Below are positions 40,350 through 48,852 of a stretch of 64,000 nucleotides of DNA, piece by piece. Under the pieces are notes generated by a model, which was not told where the DNA came from, did not search any database, and saw only the letters and a program-made list of their open reading frames with translations. Origin of the DNA: Thermoplasmatota archaeon (GTDB taxonomy: Archaea > Thermoplasmatota > JAKEGO01); contig JANQNK010000001.1 of assembly GCA_028279595.1 (NCBI GenBank), positions 32,001 through 96,000 on the forward strand, written 5' to 3'. Made by a program: the position numbers and the translations under genes. Within the stretch, counting starts at the first letter, position 1. Every line of letters begins with the position of its first letter.

Positions 40350-41936
40350 ATGTTTATCCGTATGAGGGTCCTGGGCATCGGGCTGCTGCTCGCGATATCT
40401 GTTCTCACGTTATTTACCGGCGCTTCGGAAGCGACCGTCGATGTCGGATATATCGATGTCATCGGAGGAGCACAGATCATCGATCAGGACGAGATCGCCG
40501 AGTACGACGTCTCGATGGATGTCGAGGTGACGAACGGTTCAGCAGATGTTTCCGCGACGATATCGGAGGCCACCGACGGCTGGACCGCATGGGTCGACGA
40601 AGGCGGGAACGAGATCACATGGACAGGTGTTAACGAATCCGGATACCTCAACTTCACCCTTTACGTACAGCCTCCCGAAAGGGCAGGCTCGGAAGCGCTC
40701 GTCCTCGACATATGGGCGAACTCGACGGATGGAAAGGACGAGGCGACATCGCTGTCGACGTTCGTCAATGGCCATTCGATAGAGGTGACCTTTCCGGCAG
40801 ACTCGATCAAGGTCAGTCCCGAGGAGGGAGAAAATATCGAGACGGTCCAGTTCGAGGTAGAGAACACCGGCGATTCTCCCGACGACATCAAGGTGACCGT
40901 GGATCAGGACCCCGGTCCAAACCCGGGCAATCTCGATTGGGTCGATATCTCCTACGAAGAGCTCACCGGTCTCGGTCCGGACCATACGATCCAGGACATG
41001 AAGACAGATGTCATCGAGCTCGTGCATGTCGAGTTCGACGTCGGAAGTGTTCCGATCGATGCAGCCACTGGAAATTACACCTACATGATAACTTTCGACT
41101 GCGTCCCCGGCAATCCCGAGGATCCAGGGATAATCTTCACCCATTACCTTACGCTCGTGGTCGACAGGGTCGCCGGAATGTACGTCGAGTTAAACGAGAC
41201 CCAGGCAGAGATCGACGTCGGCGCGCATATCACCGATGACCACGCCCTCGTGGACATCATGGTCCAGAACTCGGGCAACTTCAACGACACGTTCAAGGTA
41301 CAGACGTTCGCGACCTCCGCCGATGTCGACATCTCCTTCGACGACAGGGGTGACCCCGCCGAATTCGCCATGCGATCGGGACTGACGCGGACCATTCAAA
41401 TGAAGATTACCGTGGACCCGAGGACCCGGGGGGGAATCGAGGAGTTCGTCATCAGGATATCCTCTGCCGAGGGCGGGTTCGTCAACGAGACCGATTTCAA
41501 TCTTACAGTGCTGGGACCGGACATCCGGTTCACGAAACATGACATTCAAATGGTAAATCCTGAACCGGGAACAGGGGAGGACAAGGTGTTTCGAGTCCGC
41601 GTATGGAACAATGGAACCTCGCCCGCCACGGACCTCAAGATCAGCTACTACCAGGGAGGCATCCTGAAAGGGAACTACACCATCGACTTCCTCAGGAACG
41701 GCAGGTACGAGGACGTCATCTTCGATTGGGACGGCAAGGACAGGTCCCGGTGCAGGTTCCAGACCGAGGGTGCAATGCCCGAGGAGCTCAATATCAGGTT
41801 TGATTTCGTACGTGCTCCGGAAGAAGAGATCAAGAGAGACCAGCTGGGTGCCTTACTCCAGATCGCAGCCGTCGGCATCATCGCTGGCGTCGTGGTGATG
41901 CTGTACTACCACCACTACCTGAGCTGGAGGTTCTGA
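40350..41936 (+). CDS. Membrane-anchored Ig/NEW3/CARDB surface protein (paralog 1)
   Basis: Signal peptide; VENTGDSPDDI, QNSGNFNDTF and VWNNG motifs; C-terminal TM helix. Confidence 0.8.
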   Translation: MFIRMRVLGIGLLLAISVLTLFTGASEATVDVGYIDVIGGAQIIDQDEIAEYDVSMDVEVTNGSADVSATISEATDGWTAWVDEGGNEITWTGVNESGYLNFTLYVQPPERAGSEALVLDIWANSTDGKDEATSLSTFVNGHSIEVTFPADSIKVSPEEGENIETVQFEVENTGDSPDDIKVTVDQDPGPNPGNLDWVDISYEELTGLGPDHTIQDMKTDVIELVHVEFDVGSVPIDAATGNYTYMITFDCVPGNPEDPGIIFTHYLTLVVDRVAGMYVELNETQAEIDVGAHITDDHALVDIMVQNSGNFNDTFKVQTFATSADVDISFDDRGDPAEFAMRSGLTRTIQMKITVDPRTRGGIEEFVIRISSAEGGFVNETDFNLTVLGPDIRFTKHDIQMVNPEPGTGEDKVFRVRVWNNGTSPATDLKISYYQGGILKGNYTIDFLRNGRYEDVIFDWDGKDRSRCRFQTEGAMPEELNIRFDFVRAPEEEIKRDQLGALLQIAAVGIIAGVVVMLYYHHYLSWRF

Positions 41937-42022
41937 GTCCTCTGGATGCAATTTATCACGATTGTCAAGCGGTTTCAGTAAGCTATTAAAGGCATGAGAA
42001 TTCCTATTTTCTAGGGATCAGT

Positions 42023-43666
42023 ATGCGTGTCTGTTGGCGAATCGCGTTTGGTTTGATGTCGATCTTAATCCTTGTTACGTTCCTTACTGGAGCGACCGAG
42101 GGTAGTGTCGATGTCACAGGTATCGATGTCGAAAAAGGAACAATTTGGATAGGATCGCACGAGGTCGCGACCTTCAACGTCACCATCAACATCACAGCCG
42201 ACGGCGGAGAGGCCGACATCTACGTCAACCTCTCGGACGAGCTGGCCGGATGGAGCTCATGGGTCGAAGGATCCGATGACTCCCACGTCTTTGAGAACGT
42301 CAGCACGACCCAGCAGATAATATTCAACGTGATCGTCGACCCCGACTCCGAGGCCGAGGAGGACGACCAGAGCACCACCGACATCTCGGTCCAGTCCTCG
42401 AACGGGACGAACAGGTTGAGGACCGTCAAGACAAAGATCAGAGGGTATTCAATATCTGTCGCATTTCCCACGAACAAAACGAAGGTAAGCCCTGTGGAGG
42501 GGGACAATAACGAGACACTACAGTTCGATGTAGAGAACACGGGCGATGGACCGGACGACATCGAGATCAGGATATCAGAGACGCCTGGCCTCGAGGGCTC
42601 GGACATCGAGCCTGGTGAACTCAATTGGATCAGCTCCATAGGCCCATTTGACGACAAAGCGAACGGAACTTCCTACCTTTTCGAAGACCTGGAGGCCAAT
42701 ACTCCTCAGACGGTATTCCTGGAGTTCGACGTTGGCACAATACCCGTCGATGCCGAGGCTGGTGAATATTCCTTCATGGTGCACATAGAATCGAAGGGAG
42801 CAGCTCATGGGGATCCCGATGCAAACGAGTATGTCAATATCACGTTGGAGATCGAAAAGGTAGCCGGTTTCGAATGGACCATGGACATGGATGATGGAGA
42901 GATCGACCCCACCGGTCTCGACAAACAGGATGAAATCGATGTACCAATAACCATTCACAACCAGGGTAACTTCGATGATGCATACAAGGTCGAGACCGTG
43001 GGTCTTTCCCCTGACGTTGATGTGATCTTCGGATGGCATGATACAAATCCCGCAACATTTAATATCGATTCAGATCAGGAAGCGGTAGTAACGATGGTGA
43101 TTACAGTTGATGAGGACATACTCGAGGGTTGGAACAATTTCACTGTTCGAATATCCTCTTCGGATGCTAGTTCTGAGACAAGAAAATTCAATCTATCCAT
43201 CCTTGCCCCCGACATCAAGATCGCCGACAATGACATCACACTTTCCGAAAACGTTACGGACATTGAGGAGAATGACGATGTCCTCGTTCACGTCCGCATT
43301 TGGAACAACGGTTCAGGTCCAGTAGAGGATCTCGTGATCAACTTCATCGTTGGTAGTACATGGGTGGACAACGTCACGATCGAGGAAATCGGAGCTGATC
43401 GGTGGGAAGACATTGATTTCAACTGGACCATCGGGAACACCACCGACCAGACGATAAAGATCCAGACGGACGGTGCCAAACCGGACGAACTGAACGTCAT
43501 CAAGACCTTCAGCTTCCCAAAGATCGTTGAGGAAGAGCCAGAAACCCCTGAGGACGACGAGGAAGACAAGGGAGGATTGACGGCGACACAGGCCGGGGTC
43601 GCTGGACTGCTGGTCATCGTTGTAGTGGTCGTGGCACTGTTCTTCCTGATGCAGAGGAAGAAGTAG
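42023..43666 (+). CDS. Membrane-anchored Ig/NEW3/CARDB surface protein (paralog 2)
   Basis: Colinear with the previous gene (KVSP.EG..ET.QF.VENTGD.PDDI, EFDVG..P.DA, WNNG); TM helix plus RKK. Confidence 0.8.
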   Translation: MRVCWRIAFGLMSILILVTFLTGATEGSVDVTGIDVEKGTIWIGSHEVATFNVTINITADGGEADIYVNLSDELAGWSSWVEGSDDSHVFENVSTTQQIIFNVIVDPDSEAEEDDQSTTDISVQSSNGTNRLRTVKTKIRGYSISVAFPTNKTKVSPVEGDNNETLQFDVENTGDGPDDIEIRISETPGLEGSDIEPGELNWISSIGPFDDKANGTSYLFEDLEANTPQTVFLEFDVGTIPVDAEAGEYSFMVHIESKGAAHGDPDANEYVNITLEIEKVAGFEWTMDMDDGEIDPTGLDKQDEIDVPITIHNQGNFDDAYKVETVGLSPDVDVIFGWHDTNPATFNIDSDQEAVVTMVITVDEDILEGWNNFTVRISSSDASSETRKFNLSILAPDIKIADNDITLSENVTDIEENDDVLVHVRIWNNGSGPVEDLVINFIVGSTWVDNVTIEEIGADRWEDIDFNWTIGNTTDQTIKIQTDGAKPDELNVIKTFSFPKIVEEEPETPEDDEEDKGGLTATQAGVAGLLVIVVVVVALFFLMQRKK

Positions 43667-43668
43667 TA

Positions 43669-44664
43669 TCAATCTCCGAAGACACCCTTGATCTCATCCG
43701 CCTTCAGAACACCCTTCTCGGTGATGAAGCCAGTGATATACCTCGCAGGAGTGACGTCAAATGCCGGATTGCGGGCCACTGCGCCCTCCGGACCGACTCG
43801 CAAGCCTCCCCACTCCAGTACTTCGTCCTGAGACCGCTCCTCGATTGGAATGGCGTCTCCGGATTCGGCGGTGGGATCGAACGTCGTCGCGGGAGCGGCG
43901 ATGTAGAATGGGATACCATTCTCATGTGCAACGACAGCCTTCTCGTAGGTACCGATCTTGTTAGCGGCATCGCCGTTCATCGCGATCCTGTCGGCACCAG
44001 TTATTACCATGTCGACCTCGCCCCGGGACATGAAGTGTCCCGCAGCGTTGTCCACGATTATCGCGTTGGGTATCCCTTCCATCCTGAGCTCCCAGGCCGT
44101 CAATCTGGCACCCTGGTAACGGGGCCGGGTCTCGTCGACGAAGACATAGGGCTTCTTGCCATGGTAATGGGCGAACCTTATCGGTGCGAGCGCCGTTCCC
44201 CAGTAAACGGTAGCTAAAGCCCCGGCGTTGCAATGAGTGAGTATCTTCATATCCTTCGAGATCAGCTCGGCACCGGTCTCTCCGATGGTCCTGCAGGCCT
44301 CCTCGATCTCAGAAGCGTAATCTATCGCTGCCGCAACGGGGTCCTTCCCCGATGTCCAGACGTCAGCTATCCTGTCGACCGCGGTGAAGAGGTCCTTCGC
44401 AGTTGGACGGCTCGCTTCGAGCTTCTCTTTGGCTTTATCCATGTCAACGCCATTGACGTATGCAAGTGCCATTCCGTAGGCTGCGGCGATACCGATGGCG
44501 GGAGCTCCCCTGACCACCATATCGGTTATGCTGGCCGCAAGCTTATCGACGCTGTGGATATTCTCGAAGACGAAGTCGTGCGGCAGCATCCTCTGGTCGA
44601 GCATGACGATGTGGTCGTCCTTCCACTCAACTGCCAAGGGGACCTTCTGCTCGGGAGCCGTCAT
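43669..44664 (-). CDS. mtnA: S-methyl-5-thioribose-1-phosphate isomerase
   Basis: VRGAPAIG, SRPTA, LTHCNAGALAT, ETRP..QGARLTAWE and NPAFDVTP motifs. Confidence 0.95.
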   Translation of the reverse strand: MTAPEQKVPLAVEWKDDHIVMLDQRMLPHDFVFENIHSVDKLAASITDMVVRGAPAIGIAAAYGMALAYVNGVDMDKAKEKLEASRPTAKDLFTAVDRIADVWTSGKDPVAAAIDYASEIEEACRTIGETGAELISKDMKILTHCNAGALATVYWGTALAPIRFAHYHGKKPYVFVDETRPRYQGARLTAWELRMEGIPNAIIVDNAAGHFMSRGEVDMVITGADRIAMNGDAANKIGTYEKAVVAHENGIPFYIAAPATTFDPTAESGDAIPIEERSQDEVLEWGGLRVGPEGAVARNPAFDVTPARYITGFITEKGVLKADEIKGVFGD

Positions 44665-44741
44665 GGTGATGTGAACGGTCTGGCGATACTTTACACTAAC
44701 CATGGCAACGCTTTTCTATAACTCAGACCTACACGAAAGAG

Positions 44742-45650
44742 ATGGAGATCGTCGTAGTGGGAGCTGGCGCTCTCGGCTCCCTCGTCGGAGGACTGCTCTC
44801 GGGCAGTCATGACGTCCACCTGCTGGGCAGGGGACCTCACATCGAGGCCATCAAGAAGAACGGCCTAACCATCACAGGGATCACCGAGAAGCACATCATG
44901 CTTCCAGCGTCCGACAACACCGGGGACATGCCTCACAATCCCGACCTCATGATATTCACCGTCAAGGCCTACAATACCAGGGAAGCGGCGAGGGTCACCC
45001 ACGACCTCGCAGGACCACGGACCCGCGTCCTGACACTTTCGAACGGACTCTGCAACACCGAGATCCTGCAGGACGAGTTCGGCACACACAGGACCATATC
45101 CGGTGTAACCAGCATGGCCGCCACCAGGCTCGACGACGGCGTCGTCGTCCACGCGGGTGTTGGACAGACAGTCATAGGCCGCCCGGATGGCAAGATAGAC
45201 GACGATGTCCGCGAGATCGCCGAGGTCCTGAGCCTGGCCTCACCGCTTACGACGAGCGAGAACATGTGCGGCGTCCTGCATCAGAAGGCCATCGCCAACG
45301 CTGCGATCAATCCTCTCACCGCGATAAACGACATCCCCAACGGCGAACTCCTTGAGCGCGAGGACCTGCGGGAGATGTTGGAAGCGATAGTCCAGGAGAG
45401 CGTCACTGTCGCTGAATCCCGCGGCATCATCCTGCCTGAAGAAGACGTGCTCGAATATGTCCTTGAGATCGTCAGGAACACTTCCGAGAACCGGTCCAGC
45501 ATGCTTCAGGACATCGACAAGAGACGTCCGACCGAGGTTGACTACATCAATGGTGCTTTCTACACATACGGTAAGGAGGTCGGCGTGGAGACACCTGTGA
45601 ACCTGGAACTCGTACGCGCTGTCCACAAGATCGAACGGGAATTCGATTGA
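44742..45650 (+). CDS. panE: 2-dehydropantoate 2-reductase
   Basis: GAGALG, VKAY, NAAINPLTA and SSMLQD..RPTEVDYING motifs. Confidence 0.93.
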   Translation: MEIVVVGAGALGSLVGGLLSGSHDVHLLGRGPHIEAIKKNGLTITGITEKHIMLPASDNTGDMPHNPDLMIFTVKAYNTREAARVTHDLAGPRTRVLTLSNGLCNTEILQDEFGTHRTISGVTSMAATRLDDGVVVHAGVGQTVIGRPDGKIDDDVREIAEVLSLASPLTTSENMCGVLHQKAIANAAINPLTAINDIPNGELLEREDLREMLEAIVQESVTVAESRGIILPEEDVLEYVLEIVRNTSENRSSMLQDIDKRRPTEVDYINGAFYTYGKEVGVETPVNLELVRAVHKIEREFD

Positions 45651-45652
45651 AA

Positions 45653-46156
45653 CTACTTCTCGACGACTACCTTTCCTCTCGCCGACGGAACCACCTTCAT
45701 CGGTCCGTCGAAGTCCTTCTCGAGCTCCTTTCCTTTGAATAACCTGTCAAGGAACACCGCCAGCGCAGCCACCTCGGAATGAGGCTGGTTACCAACGGCA
45801 ATGTTGTGATCGGATAGTTCGTACACGTCCCCGGGGACCTTCTCCGCCCCCACGACGATCATGACGTCCTTCCCGCGAAGGGAATCAACGACATCGTCCA
45901 GCTGCTCGCCGTACATGGTAAGGTGAACGACGGGACCGTCCCACTCCTTCATGGATCTACGGTACCCTTTGACAGCTGTGACCTGGAAATCTCCACCAAA
46001 ACGCTCGGCGACCCCGTCCACCGCTGAAGCGATGGCGGGGTCGTCACCTACGAGGACCAGACCGTCCGCTCCAAAAGCCCTGGCTACAAGCGCCACGTGC
46101 GTGGTTATCCTCTTGTCCCGTTGCGGTCTATGACCGATACGGAGTACGGTGAGCAT
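45653..46156 (-). CDS. trm56: tRNA (cytidine(56)-2'-O)-methyltransferase
   Basis: LRIGHRPQRDKRITTHVALVARAFGA, HLTMYG and NQPHSEVAAL motifs. Confidence 0.96.
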   Translation of the reverse strand: MLTVLRIGHRPQRDKRITTHVALVARAFGADGLVLVGDDPAIASAVDGVAERFGGDFQVTAVKGYRRSMKEWDGPVVHLTMYGEQLDDVVDSLRGKDVMIVVGAEKVPGDVYELSDHNIAVGNQPHSEVAALAVFLDRLFKGKELEKDFDGPMKVVPSARGKVVVEK

Positions 46157-46607
46157 CGATCTCGACCCTGGAGTGGAAGAGGATATACGTGCTCATCGAC
46201 GTCAGCAGGAACGCGATGAGAGCGTGACCAGCCTGCCCTCCGAAGTAGTTTATGGCCGAACCGATGATCACAAGCGACAGCATGAAGATCACACCGGTCA
46301 TGAACCTGATGTTCAGGCTCTCGCTCGGCTTGAGGTCTATGTGGAGGACCTCGATCTTCAGCAACAGCGCCATGAGGAAACCCATTATCACGCAGAGCAT
46401 GGTCACTCCTATGACCTCGCTCTGAAGGTGCTGGATGAAGAAGTAGAAGTACGCTCCCAACGCGGTGAATCCCATCCCGGATACCGCTGCGAGGTTCTTC
46501 TCGTCCAGCAACTGCAGCATGTCCCCTAAGGGGGTAGATGCCTTCGGCGTCAGCTTAACGGGTGCCCACTTGTTCTGCGGGTTATGACTTACTCTCCTCA
46601 TGTCCAT
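46128..46607 (-). CDS. Hypothetical 4-TM membrane protein
   Basis: Four hydrophobic segments; co-oriented and overlapping with trm56. Confidence 0.6.
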   Translation of the reverse strand: MDMRRVSHNPQNKWAPVKLTPKASTPLGDMLQLLDEKNLAAVSGMGFTALGAYFYFFIQHLQSEVIGVTMLCVIMGFLMALLLKIEVLHIDLKPSESLNIRFMTGVIFMLSLVIIGSAINYFGGQAGHALIAFLLTSMSTYILFHSRVEIDAHRTPYRS

Positions 46608-46851
46608 CTCCTGGATCTACGGGTGCTGAGTGCACCCCATCCCAACTTCTCATAATGCTCAGGGCATATAAACCTTTCCTATGAAATTCTAAGGAAAACG
46701 GCAATTCTTTTATATAAGAAGTTAAAACTCGGGCGAAAAGTGGTCAAACCGTCATTTCCGGTGGAATCTACTTATGAAATGGCTTGTCGAATTATCAATT
46801 TCAGTCTTCTCTACCCTGAAATTGCATGAACTTGAATAGATATCAAGGGTC

Positions 46852-47343
46852 ATGCCAGTGGAAATTTCTGAATATCGGGCAATTGAATATGCGACAAATT
46901 TGTCCATATCAATAATTGATAAACAATTTCAGTCTGCTGATACCTTACAGATTAAAGCCAATTGGTTAATCCTTGCATCAGCTTTGATCGCCTCTCTACT
47001 CAGTATCCAACAATTACCAAATTCATTTCAACCTCACGTCACATTTTTCTCATTTTCAATCGTTGCCTTGATTTCCTCTATTATCCTCTCACTTCTTGCA
47101 TCCTTTGGGTTCAGATTCAAGTATATAATCCATCCAGAATCATTATGGGAACACGTCGATAGAAATGAATCGCTTGAGGAATTACAACTCCAGGTAATAG
47201 CAAATATTATCGACTCGTATGAAAAGAACCGGGTTAGCTTATTCAGACGAGACAGATACATTTCATATTCAATCATTGCTTACGTTTTCGCACTCTTATC
47301 GATGGGTTTATACTTGCTCGTTCCAATAATAGTGATAGCATGA
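46852..47343 (+). CDS. Hypothetical 3-TM membrane protein, AT-rich
   Basis: Two TM helices, a soluble loop and a C-terminal TM helix; low-GC codon usage. Confidence 0.7.
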   Translation: MPVEISEYRAIEYATNLSISIIDKQFQSADTLQIKANWLILASALIASLLSIQQLPNSFQPHVTFFSFSIVALISSIILSLLASFGFRFKYIIHPESLWEHVDRNESLEELQLQVIANIIDSYEKNRVSLFRRDRYISYSIIAYVFALLSMGLYLLVPIIVIA

Positions 47344-47426
47344 AAAAGAAAAAGAACTCCATCCTACCTCAGGCAGATACAAAGCGTAGCTCAGAACTCA
47401 TGAAAGCCGAAAGTAAGGATGATTAG
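47340..47426 (+). CDS. Possible 28-aa peptide translationally coupled to the 3-TM gene
   Basis: ATGA overlap; MKKKKNSILPQADTKRSSELMKAESKDD*. Confidence 0.35.
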   Translation: MKKKKNSILPQADTKRSSELMKAESKDD

Positions 47427-47511
47427 ATATGACATGAATTGACCTTTATTTTCTGCGATCATTAGTGAAATCTGTAAAATCTTATATACCGACTTCAGCC
47501 TTCCTCACAGT

Positions 47512-48294
47512 ATGTTGAGGCCCAGGCCGACCACCATTCTCCAGAGGAAGGGCGAAGGCAAGGACATGGTCACGTTCACCCTGGACTACAGGGTCAAGGC
47601 CAAGCCGGGGAACTTCCTGATGATCTGGCTCCCCTACGACAGCAATGGTGAGAGGAACGACGAGATATCCGACGAGGTCCCGATGAGCATATCGAAGATC
47701 CGGAAAGCGAACCTGTCGTTCACCGTCAAGGCCGTCGGCCCGACCACTAGCGAAATGATCAAATTGAAGCCAGGCGACAAGGTGGGCGTCTCCGGTCCGT
47801 TCGGGAACAACTTCTCGGTGGAGGAGCGCAAGTCCTTGCTCGTCGGTGGCGGCGTCGGCACGGCACCGCTTATGCCAGTATATCGGCGAATGGTCGCCAG
47901 GGGCATAGATCACAAGTTCATAATCGGCGGAGCCACACGGGAGGACATCCCGTACCTGACCGTCCTTCGGGCCCAGGAGGACACCCACGTCTCGACGGAG
48001 GACGGCTCCCTCGGGACCCACGGGAACGTGCTCCACGTAATGGAGGATTTCGAACTCGCGGACTTCGACGTCCTGTACAGCTGCGGTCCCATGCCCATGC
48101 TCAGGGCGATCTGGGATATCGTCAAGGACATCGACATAGACGTCGAGATGAGCCTGGAGTCCTATCTCAGGTGCGGCCGCGGCCTCTGCGGCTCGTGCGC
48201 CAGGGGCAAGTACAGGATCTGCAAAGAGGGGCCTGTCTTTAACAGGAAGATGCTGGAGGAGGTAGGATTCCCGAAACCGGTAAGCGAAGAGTGA
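47512..48294 (+). CDS. pyrK: Dihydroorotate dehydrogenase electron-transfer subunit (FNR-like, 2Fe-2S)
   Basis: PMSIS, GPFGNNF, GGGVGTAP, CGPMPML and CGRGLCGSC...ICKEGPVF motifs. Confidence 0.88.
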   Translation: MLRPRPTTILQRKGEGKDMVTFTLDYRVKAKPGNFLMIWLPYDSNGERNDEISDEVPMSISKIRKANLSFTVKAVGPTTSEMIKLKPGDKVGVSGPFGNNFSVEERKSLLVGGGVGTAPLMPVYRRMVARGIDHKFIIGGATREDIPYLTVLRAQEDTHVSTEDGSLGTHGNVLHVMEDFELADFDVLYSCGPMPMLRAIWDIVKDIDIDVEMSLESYLRCGRGLCGSCARGKYRICKEGPVFNRKMLEEVGFPKPVSEE

Positions 48295-48698
48295 GGAAGG
48301 GCAAGAAGAAGGAAGGCCCCTACGGTCTCCCGATGGTCCTCGCCAGAAAGGTTCCGGTCAGGGTTCCGGTCAAGACCGAGGTCCAGGACGACGAGACCGT
48401 TGTACTGATCTATCCGAAGGTATTCACCCGTCTGGAAGGCTGGATATTCCGTCGCGTCGGAGGGGTCTCCGACATCCGCAGACCGCTCGACGAGATGGGC
48501 ACGGACATCTGGAACCTCTGCGACGGTGAACACAACGTCGGAGAGATCTGCAAGATCATGCACGAGAAGTACGGGGAGGACCTCGAGCCTGTAGCACCCC
48601 GTTGCTGGACCTTCGTCAAGATGCTCTCGGACAGGAACCTCGTGCTCATCCTCCACAAGAAGGTCCCCCTGGAGAAGAAGGAGGAGAATGATGAGTGA
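48291..48698 (+). CDS. PqqD-family (RRE-like) protein
   Basis: LDEMGTDIWNLCDGEHNVGEI...FVKML..RNLV pattern. Confidence 0.82.
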   Translation: MRKGKKKEGPYGLPMVLARKVPVRVPVKTEVQDDETVVLIYPKVFTRLEGWIFRRVGGVSDIRRPLDEMGTDIWNLCDGEHNVGEICKIMHEKYGEDLEPVAPRCWTFVKMLSDRNLVLILHKKVPLEKKEENDE

Positions 48699-48852
48699 GG
48701 AGGAGACGGTTCTCCTGTGTCCTCACTGTCTGAAGTCCAATCTGAAGGTCGTCGGCGGTTTCATGGGGACTCAATACCTCTGCAAGGATTGTGGGTATCA
48801 GGGTGCCTTGATCCTCGAGGTCGACGAGAAGGATGTTCCAGATCAGGATTGA
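48688..48852 (+). CDS. Small zinc-ribbon protein, 54 aa (not in ORF track)
   Basis: MMSEEETVLLCPHCLKSNLKVVGGFMGTQYLCKDCGYQGALILEVDEKDVPDQD*, with a GGAGGAG SD. Confidence 0.8.
   Translation: MMSEEETVLLCPHCLKSNLKVVGGFMGTQYLCKDCGYQGALILEVDEKDVPDQD

Noticed and set aside
48291-48698. RiPP or PQQ biosynthetic cluster
   Set aside because: No radical SAM enzyme, other maturase or transporter lies nearby, and stand-alone PqqD-like genes are common.
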